A DNA stretch of 64,000 bases. Source: an uncultured Pseudomonadales bacterium. Its GTDB lineage: Bacteria; Patescibacteriota; Microgenomatia; UBA1400; MFAQ01. The position numbers were made by a program, and so were the translations under genes. The first letter of the stretch is position 1; every line of letters starts with the position of its first letter. The DNA is taken from contig CAZMCB010000002.1 of NCBI GenBank assembly GCA_964564895.1, forward strand, positions 2,721-66,720. Direction: 5' to 3'. The notes under the pieces were generated by a model. The model did not search any database and was not told the origin of the DNA. It saw nothing but the letters and a program-made list of their open reading frames with translations. Below are positions 16,880 to 25,719 of the stretch, one piece after another.

Positions 16880-18091
16880 GTGCCCATGAACCTAAAAGTT
16901 GTTAGGCGGTTACTTCTTGTTATCTTATTATCCGGAACACTGGTTTATGGAGGATTCCGATTGGGTGAGTGGAACACAGAGCAGAAGATAAATTCATTAT
17001 CGGAGATCGATACATCGTCGATGAATGCGGTACTGGAGCGTTTGAAGAATAGTTATCTCAAAACTGAAGACATTGATTCAAAGAAATTGATGTATGGGGC
17101 AACTGAGGGAATGACGAAAGCTTTGGGAGATCCTTATACCAACTTTTTCCCTCCAGTGGACAATAGTAGATCCAAAGAAGACCTCTCAGGAGAGTTTGGT
17201 GGAGTCGGTATTCAGCTGGGTTTTGTGGAAAATACTTTGGCTGTCATGACGCCTTTGAAAGATACCCCTGCAATGAAAGCAGGGCTTAAAGCGGGGGATT
17301 TGATTTTAAAAATCGTAGACACAAAAAACAATATAAATAAAGACACTGCAGGAATCTCAGTTGATGAAGCAGTGAATTTGATTCGAGGTGAAAAGGGGAC
17401 AGAAGTAACGCTTACCATATTTAGAGAGGGAGAAAAACAGTCAAGAGATGTAGTACTGGTTCGCGACATTATCAACGTACCCTCGACTGAAATTGAGTGG
17501 ATTGATAACGGAAAGGTGGCTGTGATTTCTGTCAATAAATTTGGAGAACAGACCTTAACTGAGTGGAAGAAAATTGTATCCGAAGTGAATGATAAAAAGG
17601 CAACCGGTGTTATTCTTGATTTACGAAATAACCCCGGAGGTTACTTGCAACGTGCTGTAGATCTTGGAAGTGAGTTTATTTCATCAGGAGTAATCGTGAA
17701 ACAGCGAGACAAGACAAATACAGAAGTGATGAATGTAGACAGGGCAGGTAAACTAATTGGAATGCCTTTGGTGGTTTTGATAAATCGGGGTTCGGCATCT
17801 GCTTCGGAGATTTTGGCAGGAGCACTACGTGAGAGAATCGGAGTAAAGCTTGTGGGTGAAAAGAGTTTTGGTAAAGGAACAGTTCAAGAAGCTCAGGACC
17901 TTCCTGATGGTTCTGGACTACACGTAACTGTAGCCGAATGGCTATTACCGTCTGGAGCAAATATACACGGCAATGGATTGGAGCCGGATGTAAATGTGGA
18001 GTATGTATACGATGAAAAGAATCCAGAAGCTGATAATCAGATGGATAAGGCTTTGGAGGTGTTGAAGGGTGTAATCATTGCCAAGAATTGA
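16880..18091 (+). CDS. ctpA: carboxyl-terminal processing protease (S41 family) with PDZ domain
   Basis: N-terminal TM anchor, PDZ segment, S41 catalytic region (LDLRNNPGGYL, ...RGSASASEIL). Confidence 0.85.
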   Translation: MPMNLKVVRRLLLVILLSGTLVYGGFRLGEWNTEQKINSLSEIDTSSMNAVLERLKNSYLKTEDIDSKKLMYGATEGMTKALGDPYTNFFPPVDNSRSKEDLSGEFGGVGIQLGFVENTLAVMTPLKDTPAMKAGLKAGDLILKIVDTKNNINKDTAGISVDEAVNLIRGEKGTEVTLTIFREGEKQSRDVVLVRDIINVPSTEIEWIDNGKVAVISVNKFGEQTLTEWKKIVSEVNDKKATGVILDLRNNPGGYLQRAVDLGSEFISSGVIVKQRDKTNTEVMNVDRAGKLIGMPLVVLINRGSASASEILAGALRERIGVKLVGEKSFGKGTVQEAQDLPDGSGLHVTVAEWLLPSGANIHGNGLEPDVNVEYVYDEKNPEADNQMDKALEVLKGVIIAKN

Positions 18092-18095
18092 CCAA

Positions 18096-18122
18096 GAAAA
18101 ACCCCGCTCTTGGCGGGGTTGA
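18096..18122. terminator. bidirectional rho-independent terminator
   Basis: AACCCCGC-tcttg-GCGGGGTT hairpin flanked by AAAAA (5') and weak T-run. Serves the minus-strand gene 18125-18601 strongly and ctp weakly. Confidence 0.6.
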
Positions 18123-18124
18123 GT

Positions 18125-18601
18125 TTATATTGCTTCTTTAACGAGTGCGTTGATAAGTTTCTGCCGGTAGTCGTTTAGAAGTCGATTAGTTTTATTTTCT
18201 CGAAAACGAACACGAATTGTATCTTTAAAAAGCCTTACTTGACGATCAATGATAATAGGCAGAAGAACTTCTTGAAGATCGGGTTTGGACAAGGCAAGGT
18301 GATCAAACATAGCTACAGCTTCTTTGAAATTCATTTCGAGACAAGTATTGAAGATGGTTTTTGCTAGTTCTTCACTTACTTTAAAATCAATAAGTTTGCA
18401 ACGAAGATACTGGAAACCAAATTTATGTCTTTTGAAAAATTGGACGCAAAGAGAGTCGATTTCTAGACTGTTATCATTTTCTAAAAAGATATGTTGAACA
18501 AATTCCTTGATGTCTGGGAGCTTATTTATATCTACGATGGTCTTAAGAAGATTTTTTAGATAGTACTCACTTATTTGATACTTCTCTTTAATTTTTCCCA
18601 T
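18125..18601 (-). CDS. hypothetical protein
   Basis: 158-aa ORF between two terminators. No family recognised. Confidence 0.45.
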   Translation of the reverse strand: MGKIKEKYQISEYYLKNLLKTIVDINKLPDIKEFVQHIFLENDNSLEIDSLCVQFFKRHKFGFQYLRCKLIDFKVSEELAKTIFNTCLEMNFKEAVAMFDHLALSKPDLQEVLLPIIIDRQVRLFKDTIRVRFRENKTNRLLNDYRQKLINALVKEAI

Positions 18602-18608
18602 TTAATCC

Positions 18609-18812
18609 TCATTTTTTCTTTTTGAATACTTCAATAAGGGCAAACACAATGGCGAGAATGGCATTGACGATGATTTCATCGGCGACGATTCCGGGAGAAA
18701 CAACGAAAAACAATAGCCCGAAAAAGACGATGATAAGGATGTACATGAATATCCGTAACGATAGAGGTATTTCCTTTTTTGGTTCAGGGTTTTGCGGAAG
18801 ATTTTCTGACAT
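18609..18812 (-). CDS. small membrane protein (hypothetical)
   Basis: 67 aa with two hydrophobic helices. Co-oriented 8 nt upstream of 18125-18601. Confidence 0.3.
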   Translation of the reverse strand: MSENLPQNPEPKKEIPLSLRIFMYILIIVFFGLLFFVVSPGIVADEIIVNAILAIVFALIEVFKKKK

Positions 18813-18869
18813 GAGATCTCCTTTTGATTTGAAAAGTGCGTTAGGGAGATTGTACTATGTCAAACTGTA

Positions 18870-19790
18870 TCAAGCAAGGGTGGCGAACTCGGAAATGGTG
18901 AATTCAAATACATTAGCCAAGTCTCCTTCAAGAATTTCTTTGAGATTGTGCCATGATTTACCGATTCGGTGATCTGTAAGACGATTTTGGGGAAAGTTGT
19001 ATGTTTTGACTTTTTCGGCACGCATACCAGAGCCGACAGCTTGGGATCGTTTGTCTGAGAGGGCACCTAGTCGTTTTTCTTCTTGCTGTTGCCAGACTTT
19101 GGCACGAATCATATTAAGGGCGATTTCTTTGTTACGGGCTTGGTATCGTTCTTCGTGGACAAAAACAGTAAGACCGGTTGGTTTATGGGTAAGACGAACG
19201 GCGGTATTAACTTTATTTACATTTTGACCGCCCGGACCGCCGGCTCTGGTGAACTGCCATTCAAGATCATTATCAAGTAGCTCAACCTGAGTGGCCTTCA
19301 CTTCCGGAAGAACGGCAACAGTTGCTGTACTGGTTTGAATTCTACCAGCAGCTTCGGTGACAGGAACTCTTTGGACACGATGTACACCTGCTTCATACTG
19401 GAAAGTTTCGTATGCTCCATGATTCCAAAGTGCGCGATTGGGTCTGGAAAATTTGATTACACCGTCATCTATTGTTTCGACAGTAAAACCGTGCTCTTGG
19501 GCAAAGCGTGTATACATTCGTAAAAGATCGTTGGCAAAAATCTTGGATTCATCACCACCAGCTGCACCACGAATCTCGACGATGGCAGGGGAGTCATTGA
19601 AGTTTTCACTTGTATCGGCTTCTTCTTCTTGAACACGGGTAAGTGTTTGAAGCGACTCAAGCTGTTTTTGAAGTTTTTCAACTTCGGCTTTGGCAAGGGC
19701 TCCTAAATCAGGGTCGTTAACTAAAGCCTCATTGGCCTTAATTTCTTCTTCGATGCGGGTAATTTCTGAGGCAATATATGGGTTATCCAT
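18870..19790 (-). CDS. prfA: peptide chain release factor 1 (shortened N-terminus)
   Basis: GGQ motif ([11 protein letters not shown]) and RF1-type PVT tripeptide in [24 protein letters not shown] (RF2 would have SPF). No frameshift site. Confidence 0.85.
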   Translation of the reverse strand: MDNPYIASEITRIEEEIKANEALVNDPDLGALAKAEVEKLQKQLESLQTLTRVQEEEADTSENFNDSPAIVEIRGAAGGDESKIFANDLLRMYTRFAQEHGFTVETIDDGVIKFSRPNRALWNHGAYETFQYEAGVHRVQRVPVTEAAGRIQTSTATVAVLPEVKATQVELLDNDLEWQFTRAGGPGGQNVNKVNTAVRLTHKPTGLTVFVHEERYQARNKEIALNMIRAKVWQQQEEKRLGALSDKRSQAVGSGMRAEKVKTYNFPQNRLTDHRIGKSWHNLKEILEGDLANVFEFTISEFATLA

Positions 19791-19897
19791 TTCAATTAGA
19801 TTATAGAGGAATATCTCTGGAGTAATTTTGATTGTCGGGGGTTGCCACGTCGCTTCGCTCCTCGCAATGACGAATTATGTACGGGAAGAAACTTGAT

Positions 19898-20227
19898 CTA
19901 CTCGGCTGAAACTTCTTCGACTACAGCAGCTTTGGCTTCGGCCTTTTTCTTGGCTTCAAGCATTTCTTTAAGAGTCTTAGGAGTTGCGTCTGATTCTTTC
20001 TTGTCTTTGCCTTTTTTGACGTAACCAACAGCAGCTTGGCGTTTGGCAATAAATTTGTCAACACGACCCATGGAGTCGATGAATCTTTGGGTACCAGTGA
20101 AGAATGGATGACACTTGTCACACACGTCAACGTGAAGGGCTTCGGAGGTTCCACCGACGGTGAAAACGTTCCCGCAAGCGCAGGTTACTTTGGTCTCTTT
20201 GTATTCTGGATGTAGATTCTGTTTCAT
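19898..20227 (-). CDS. rpmE: 50S ribosomal protein L31 (zinc-ribbon type) with Lys/Ala-rich C-terminal extension
   Basis: MKQNLHPEY...CACGNVF...CDKCHPFFTG signature. Confidence 0.85.
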   Translation of the reverse strand: MKQNLHPEYKETKVTCACGNVFTVGGTSEALHVDVCDKCHPFFTGTQRFIDSMGRVDKFIAKRQAAVGYVKKGKDKKESDATPKTLKEMLEAKKKAEAKAAVVEEVSAE

Positions 20228-20401
20228 AGCTTCTGTATTTTATCACATGTGCCTAGTTTTGACACAAAAAAACTCTCTGGCATGCCAGAGAGTTTGACTT
20301 AGTTACTTGAAGAGTTTTGAGTAAAGGTAGAGAATGAACCTCATTGGTCCTGTGATGAAGCTTTTTATCATTGGTGATTTATCCATTTTTTCTCCTGTGG
20401 A

Positions 20402-20602
20402 TTAATGAGTAAATGCGGGGACGATGCCGATAACGATAAGAAAAATGCCAAGAGCAAAGTAGAGGGAGGCAACTCCTAAATAAATCATCCGAGATCTTGT
20501 ATCGACTTTCATAATATCGCTTGTTTGTGCTTTATTAATAAAGTCAATAAATTTGTAAATTCCTATGAAGAATGCTCCAACTATTAATGCTAAATAATTC
20601 AT
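20402..20602 (-). CDS. small membrane protein (hypothetical)
   Basis: 66 aa, two TM helices. Upstream of rpmE on the same strand. Confidence 0.3.
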   Translation of the reverse strand: MNYLALIVGAFFIGIYKFIDFINKAQTSDIMKVDTRSRMIYLGVASLYFALGIFLIVIGIVPAFTH

Positions 20603-20733
20603 TACTCCTCCGATAGAATGTTAAGAATGCGAACAAGACCTATATAATATCACAGTTGTGCGTAAAAGTCAAGTATAGTACACAATCTAATGGTGTGAGA
20701 TTGCCACACGAGTACGTTCGCAATGACGAGGTA

Positions 20734-21609
20734 TTAGCGCTTTTCTGAGGTAAAAACACCGAAGACTATAAGAATGGTTGCGATGATAGTAATAGGAGAA
20801 AATGATTCTTTGAGCCAAAGAATTGATAGAGGAATAGCGAAGACTGGGTTTAAGTAAGTAAAGATAACCGCTTCGGATGCCTCGATACGTTTATGGCCCT
20901 CTTGATAAGCCCAAAAGCCAATTACTGAGCCTCCGATGGCCATGTACAGAATTCCCGGTAAGGCTTGGGTGTTAAGAGCGAATGATAATCCCGACTGGGC
21001 TGTTGCAAAAAAGAAAAAAGGGATGCTAATTACGAAAGAGTAAAAAGATAGATAAATAGGGTCCAAATGATCCTTTTTGGATAATAGAAGAAATATAGAC
21101 CAAACTGAGTTTCCGAGAATAATAAGAAGATTGCCCTGAAGAGAAAGGGATATGTGATTTGAGCCTGTTAATAGTGGTTCTAGAACGATGATTAGAGTAC
21201 CAAGAAGAGCAATTCCAAGACCTTTCCACTCTTTGGTTTTTACCGTTTCTTTAAGAAAAATCATACAAAGAAGAACTGTAAGGAGGGGACCAGACGATCC
21301 AATTATTGAGGCTTCGGCTGAGCTAGTTTTACTAAGTCCGTAAAAAGACAATAAAAGACAAATAGGCCCACTAAGTAAGGCTAAAAATAGAGTTTGAAGA
21401 TGATTGATTTTGTGATGGTGTTTCCTCGATCTGTGAATTAAAAATATCGGAAGAAAAATAATTGTAGCAATAAGAAAACGATAAAAGAGAAATAGAGTAG
21501 GCGAGGTAAAGTTGAATGCGTACTTGATGATAGGAGTACCGAATCCCCAGAGAGCGGTATTTAGTAGAAGAAATAAATAAGCTGAAGTACGGTTGTTGAG
21601 CCGGGTCAT
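20734..21609 (-). CDS. EamA/DMT family transporter
   Basis: 291 aa, ~10 TM helices, duplicated EamA-like halves. Confidence 0.7.
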   Translation of the reverse strand: MTRLNNRTSAYLFLLLNTALWGFGTPIIKYAFNFTSPTLFLFYRFLIATIIFLPIFLIHRSRKHHHKINHLQTLFLALLSGPICLLLSFYGLSKTSSAEASIIGSSGPLLTVLLCMIFLKETVKTKEWKGLGIALLGTLIIVLEPLLTGSNHISLSLQGNLLIILGNSVWSIFLLLSKKDHLDPIYLSFYSFVISIPFFFFATAQSGLSFALNTQALPGILYMAIGGSVIGFWAYQEGHKRIEASEAVIFTYLNPVFAIPLSILWLKESFSPITIIATILIVFGVFTSEKR

Positions 21610-21649
21610 TTATTCATTCTAACAAAAACGAAACAGAATGTAATGGAGG

Positions 21650-22282
21650 TTAGAGGGGTTTTGCGCGAGAAATTGAAAGTTTCCCTTCGTATTCTTTAAT
21701 TATGGCAAGGATAGTCTGGTCGGCTGCTAGCTCATCAAGTTTGACTGTAGATTTTTTGGAGAGAGTAAGAACTTGGTCTGTGCCATTAATATTGAGAGTT
21801 AGTGTTTTCTTTTTGATATCGACAAGGACTATTTTTGCGACGACGGCTGTGGTTTTGACTAAAACTGGTTCGTCTTTTATAACAGATATTCTTTTGGCTG
21901 ATACGATACCGTTTTTTACTGAAGTTCCAATAACGATTACTTTGTCTCCTATGGCGAGTGAGGTTGCTTTTATAGTTGAACCATCCTTTTGATATGATGT
22001 TTGAGCTGTTGAGGTGATTTGAATAAGGTTGTTTTGAGAGTCTACGGTAAGGTTGCCCGAACTTATGGTGGTTATTTTACCCACGAATCCTACTAGAGCT
22101 TGAATATTTAATTTTTCTTTGAGCTTGGCTTCGGTTGTCGATAGATTTTCTTGAACGAGAAGTTTTACTTGGTCGGCCATACTAGTTGTGGGTGAAGCCG
22201 ATGGTGTAGCTGTAATTGCAAGAGTTTGAGGGACAAAAATGAGGTTTAGAGCTATTAAAGAAAGAATAATAAGTTGTTTCAT
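21650..22282 (-). CDS. secreted hypothetical protein (signal peptide, Ser/Thr/Ile-rich)
   Basis: N-terminal signal peptide MKQLIILSLIALNLIFVPQTLA. Beta-rich, low-complexity surface-protein-like sequence. Confidence 0.45.
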   Translation of the reverse strand: MKQLIILSLIALNLIFVPQTLAITATPSASPTTSMADQVKLLVQENLSTTEAKLKEKLNIQALVGFVGKITTISSGNLTVDSQNNLIQITSTAQTSYQKDGSTIKATSLAIGDKVIVIGTSVKNGIVSAKRISVIKDEPVLVKTTAVVAKIVLVDIKKKTLTLNINGTDQVLTLSKKSTVKLDELAADQTILAIIKEYEGKLSISRAKPL

Positions 22283-22283
22283 A

Positions 22284-22712
22284 TTATTCAGGTAATGTTG
22301 TGGTTCTAATAACAGTGATTGAAGAAGACGAAGTGGCTTGCTTATCGTCTACAACTGTAATGGTGATGAGATTTTCTCCATTTATTAGGTTAATAGTTGC
22401 TTCGAAACTACCTGATTCATCTGATGTGGTGAGAATGTCATCACTCTCAGAAATAATCGCAATGTTTGAGTTTGCTTTGGTAGTTCCCTTAAGTGATATA
22501 GCGGATTCAGTAACGACGGAGTTGTCTAGAGGAATGGCTATGGAAATTTGATTATTTGTTTTTGAGGGAGTTGGGGTAGCTTTGGTGTTTGAGTTTTCGG
22601 TTTCTTCTGCGGTATTTTCTTTGACAGAGTTATTGGCAATATTGATGCCATAGAGAATGACTCCTCCTAAAAGGACACCTATGATTACGGCTAGAATAAC
22701 TTCTTTACGCAT
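22284..22712 (-). CDS. membrane-anchored Ser/Thr-rich hypothetical protein
   Basis: Start placed at internal ATG 22712 (MRKEVILAVIIGVLLGG TM anchor). This gives a clean divergent intergenic region with the + gene at 22777; the longer 22901 start would overlap it. Confidence 0.4.
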   Translation of the reverse strand: MRKEVILAVIIGVLLGGVILYGINIANNSVKENTAEETENSNTKATPTPSKTNNQISIAIPLDNSVVTESAISLKGTTKANSNIAIISESDDILTTSDESGSFEATINLINGENLITITVVDDKQATSSSSITVIRTTTLPE

Positions 22713-22776
22713 AGTCTTTCGACTGAAAGGATAGCAGTTTGGGTCCAGATTTGCAAGTTTTCTGGGGGGGAAACCT

Positions 22777-23457
22777 GTGTTAAGATTTGATATGGAAATC
22801 ACATATCTTGGCCACTCGTGCTTTAAATTAAAAAATAAAGAAGGAATGACTTTAGTCATGGATCCTTTTAAAAGTGAAAATGTTGGCCTACCATTTGCCA
22901 AGGAAGTTGCCGATATAGTAACTATTTCTCACTCCCATGACGATCATAATGCAGTTGAAAATGTGACTGGTCCCGTGACTCGACAAAGTACCTTTATTAT
23001 TGATAAAGAGGGGGAGTATGAGATCGGAGGAGTCGAGATAACAGCTTCAAAAATGTATCATGATAAGGTTGAGGGAGCTGAAAGAGGAAAAAATCTAATT
23101 GTTCAGATTCGCATGGATGGTGTAAACATACTTCACTTGGGGGACTTGGGTCACAAACTTTCAGAAAGTCAGATAGAAAAACTAGGATCTGTGGATGTTT
23201 TGATGGCAGGCGTCGGAGGAGTAACTTCACTAGAAACTGATGAAATGATGGAATTAATTAAAGATGTACAGCCTGCTTATGTAATTCCGATGCATTATAA
23301 AGTAGATGGTATGAACGAACAATGGAATTCGAAACATACCCTTCAAGAGTTTTTGGACAAGAACAAATTTTTAGTAGCCGGAGAGCCGGTGCATAAGATT
23401 AAAGTAGATGAGGGAAGTCTGCCCGACGATACTCAAGTACTAATAATGAATGCCTAA
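22777..23457 (+). CDS. MBL-fold metallo-hydrolase
   Basis: HSHDDHN (HxHxDH) metallo-beta-lactamase motif plus downstream His/Asp ligands. Confidence 0.75.
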   Translation: MLRFDMEITYLGHSCFKLKNKEGMTLVMDPFKSENVGLPFAKEVADIVTISHSHDDHNAVENVTGPVTRQSTFIIDKEGEYEIGGVEITASKMYHDKVEGAERGKNLIVQIRMDGVNILHLGDLGHKLSESQIEKLGSVDVLMAGVGGVTSLETDEMMELIKDVQPAYVIPMHYKVDGMNEQWNSKHTLQEFLDKNKFLVAGEPVHKIKVDEGSLPDDTQVLIMNA

Positions 23458-24757
23458 CACAAGGATACCGCCTCATTCCGATGAAGCGGAAAAATCCATT
23501 TTGGGAGCGATACTCATCGATAAAGATGCAATAGTAGACATTGCTGTTCTTTTGCGTCCTGATATGTTTTATAACGAGAATAATGGCTCTATTTTTGACG
23601 CTATGGTTTCTTTGTATGAAAACCGTGACCCTATCGATGTCTTGACTGTTGCTGATTGGCTTAAAAAGACAAAATTGTTGGATAGGGTTGGGGGAAAATC
23701 CTATTTATCTGAGCTATCAAATGAAGTTCCTGTAGCTTCTCATGTAAATAAATACGCTCAGATTGTCCGAGAGACATATATCAAAAGAAAGCTAATCTCA
23801 GCTGGAGCACAGATGGGAGAGATGGGTTTTGATGATGGCAAGCCTCTTAATGAGATATTGGACAAAGCAGAGCAGGAAATTTATTCGCTATCACAAGCGA
23901 ACGTCCGTCGTTCTTTTATCCCAATTAAAGACGCTTTGGCTGAGAGTTTTGATCGTTTGGACACGCTACAAAACTCTGCTGACGGTCTTCGTGGTGTACC
24001 AACTGGGTTTGGTGATTTGGACAAGATGTTGGCTGGAATGCAGGACTCTAACTTGATTATCTTGGCTGCTCGTCCTGGTATCGGTAAAACTGCTTTTGCG
24101 ACAAATATTGCACAGTACGCTGCCGTTGAGAAAAAAATGCCGATTGGGTATTTTGCCCTAGAAATGAGTAACTTGGAAATGGTTGATCGTATGCTTGTAT
24201 CTCAGGCGAATATTGATGCTTGGAAACTAAAAACAGGAAACTTAAAAGATGATGATTTTGCTAAGCTTTCGGAAGGTATGGGTATTTTGGCTGAGTCGCC
24301 TTTGTATATTGACGATACTCCAGGTCAGTCTATTTTGGAACTTCGTACAAAAGCTCGCCGTTTGCATTCTCAGGTAGGTTTGAAACTTCTGATTGTTGAC
24401 TATTTGCAGCTATGTGTAGGTGATAAAGCTTATGAGAGTCGTGTACAAGAGGTTGGTGCTATCTCTCAGGGTTTAAAGAACTTGGCTCGTGAGCTAAAGA
24501 TTCCAGTGCTGGCTCTGTCTCAGCTAAATCGAGGAGTTGAAAGTAGAACAGACAAGACACCTGTTTTGGCCGACCTTCGTGAATCTGGAAGTATCGAACA
24601 GGATGCAGACGTGGTTATGTTCTTGTATCGAAATGATGAAAATAATTTGGAAGACGTAAAGTTGGCTATAGCCAAGCACCGTAATGGTGGCCTTGGAACA
24701 ATTGATCTTAAATTCAGAGGTGACCGTGTCAAGTTTTATGGTGTGGATAGAAGGTGA
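23450..24757 (+). CDS. dnaB: replicative DNA helicase DnaB
   Basis: N-terminal DnaB domain (PHSDEAEKSILGAIL), Walker A GIGKTAFATN, RecA-like helicase motifs. Confidence 0.9.
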   Translation: MPNTRIPPHSDEAEKSILGAILIDKDAIVDIAVLLRPDMFYNENNGSIFDAMVSLYENRDPIDVLTVADWLKKTKLLDRVGGKSYLSELSNEVPVASHVNKYAQIVRETYIKRKLISAGAQMGEMGFDDGKPLNEILDKAEQEIYSLSQANVRRSFIPIKDALAESFDRLDTLQNSADGLRGVPTGFGDLDKMLAGMQDSNLIILAARPGIGKTAFATNIAQYAAVEKKMPIGYFALEMSNLEMVDRMLVSQANIDAWKLKTGNLKDDDFAKLSEGMGILAESPLYIDDTPGQSILELRTKARRLHSQVGLKLLIVDYLQLCVGDKAYESRVQEVGAISQGLKNLARELKIPVLALSQLNRGVESRTDKTPVLADLRESGSIEQDADVVMFLYRNDENNLEDVKLAIAKHRNGGLGTIDLKFRGDRVKFYGVDRR

Positions 24758-24806
24758 GAAGAAGTTGATTGTGGTATAAATATACTTATACTAATTAAGT
24801 CCAAGT

Positions 24807-25394
24807 ATGAATAATTATCCTTTTGAGTTAGACAAACTTCCGTATGAATACGATGCTTTAGAGCCAATTATTGATAAGCAAACTGTAGAGATTCATCATG
24901 ATAAACATCATCAGACTTATTTAGAAAATTTGAATAAGCTCTTGGCTGACAAGCCAGAGTTGCAGAATAAAACGCTGGAAGAGCTGATGAATAGTGAAGT
25001 GGTTGGAATAAAAAACAATGCTGGGGGAGTGTGGAATCATAATTTTTATTGGAGTGAAATGAAAGCTGTGGAACAAGAGTCGATTCCTGATGTTTTGAAA
25101 AATAAATTGATTGAAAAGTTTGGAAGTGTGGAGAAGTTTAAGGAATTGTTTGAGGCAAATGCTTTAAGTAGATTCGGAAGTGGATGGGGGTGGCTCGTTA
25201 AAAATGAGAAAGGTGAGTTGGAGATAATGTCTACCGCAAATCAAGATAGTCCACTATCTCTTGGAAAAACTCCTTTGTTGGGAATAGATGTATGGGAACA
25301 CGCATATTACTTAAAATATTTTAATAAACGCGTTGATTATGTAAAAGCATGGTGGAGTTTGGTTAATTGGGAATGGGTGGCAGATAGATTATAA
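24807..25394 (+). CDS. sodA: superoxide dismutase (Fe/Mn family)
   Basis: HHDKHHQTY, metal-ligand DVWEHAYY motif. 195 aa. Confidence 0.9.
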   Translation: MNNYPFELDKLPYEYDALEPIIDKQTVEIHHDKHHQTYLENLNKLLADKPELQNKTLEELMNSEVVGIKNNAGGVWNHNFYWSEMKAVEQESIPDVLKNKLIEKFGSVEKFKELFEANALSRFGSGWGWLVKNEKGELEIMSTANQDSPLSLGKTPLLGIDVWEHAYYLKYFNKRVDYVKAWWSLVNWEWVADRL

Positions 25395-25399
25395 AAAAA

Positions 25400-25427
25400 A
25401 TCTTTCCACAAGGGAAAGATTATTTTT
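25400..25427. terminator. bidirectional terminator hairpin (copy 1 of a duplicated hairpin + tRNA-tail unit)
   Basis: ATCTTTCC-acaa-GGGAAAGAT hairpin flanked by A8 upstream and T-rich tract downstream. Confidence 0.6.
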
Positions 25428-25430
25428 ATA

Positions 25431-25450
25431 GTGCCGAGAGAGGGGATCGA
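25431..25450 (-). repeat. 20-nt duplicate of the tRNA-Leu 3' end (GTGCCGAGAGAGGGGATCGA); degenerate tRNA remnant / att-like scar
   Basis: Identical to 25575-25594 (3' acceptor/T-arm of the tRNA-Leu gene). Preceded by a near-identical hairpin as at 25546-25566. The remaining sequence no longer folds as a tRNA. Confidence 0.6.
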
Positions 25451-25540
25451 GATTCGGTCAATACTTCGTATTGCCTCATCCTTGCCTCACCAGGCTCGTT
25501 ACGAGACTGGTTCCGGCTTGTTCGATCCCCAACAGAATAT

Positions 25541-25566
25541 TAAAAATCTCTCCGCAAGGGAGAGAT
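25541..25566 (-). terminator. terminator hairpin downstream of tRNA-Leu (copy 2 of duplicated unit)
   Basis: ATCTCTCC-gcaa-GGGAGAGAT hairpin with T-run on the minus strand. Confidence 0.55.
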
Positions 25567-25575
25567 TTTAAATAG

Positions 25576-25659
25576 TGCCGAGAGAGGGGATCGAACCCTC
25601 ACGGCCTTGCGACCACAGGTTTTTGAGACCTGAGCGTATACCATTCCGCCATCTCGGCA
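25576..25659 (-). tRNA. tRNA-Leu (anticodon CAA), class II with long variable arm; CCA not encoded
   Basis: Manual cloverleaf: acceptor GCCGAGA/TCTCGGC, D-arm GCGGAATGGTATACGC, anticodon stem AGGTC/GACCT-like with loop CTCAAAA, long variable arm, T-arm GAGGG-TTCGATC-CCCTC, discriminator A. Confidence 0.8.
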
Positions 25660-25684
25660 TAGGCATATTATACCTTAGGATATG

Positions 25685-25715
25685 AAAAACCCGTGGGATA
25701 TGCCACGGGTATATT
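25685..25715 (-). terminator. rho-independent terminator (minus strand)
   Basis: CCCGTGG-gatat-GCCACGGG hairpin with A-run on plus strand. Downstream of the HD-domain gene. Confidence 0.65.
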
Positions 25716-25719
25716 GGGT

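Noticed and set aside
18870-19790. Release factor 2 with programmed frameshift
   Set aside because: The protein carries the RF1-specific PVT motif rather than the RF2 SPF motif. It has a single uninterrupted ORF.
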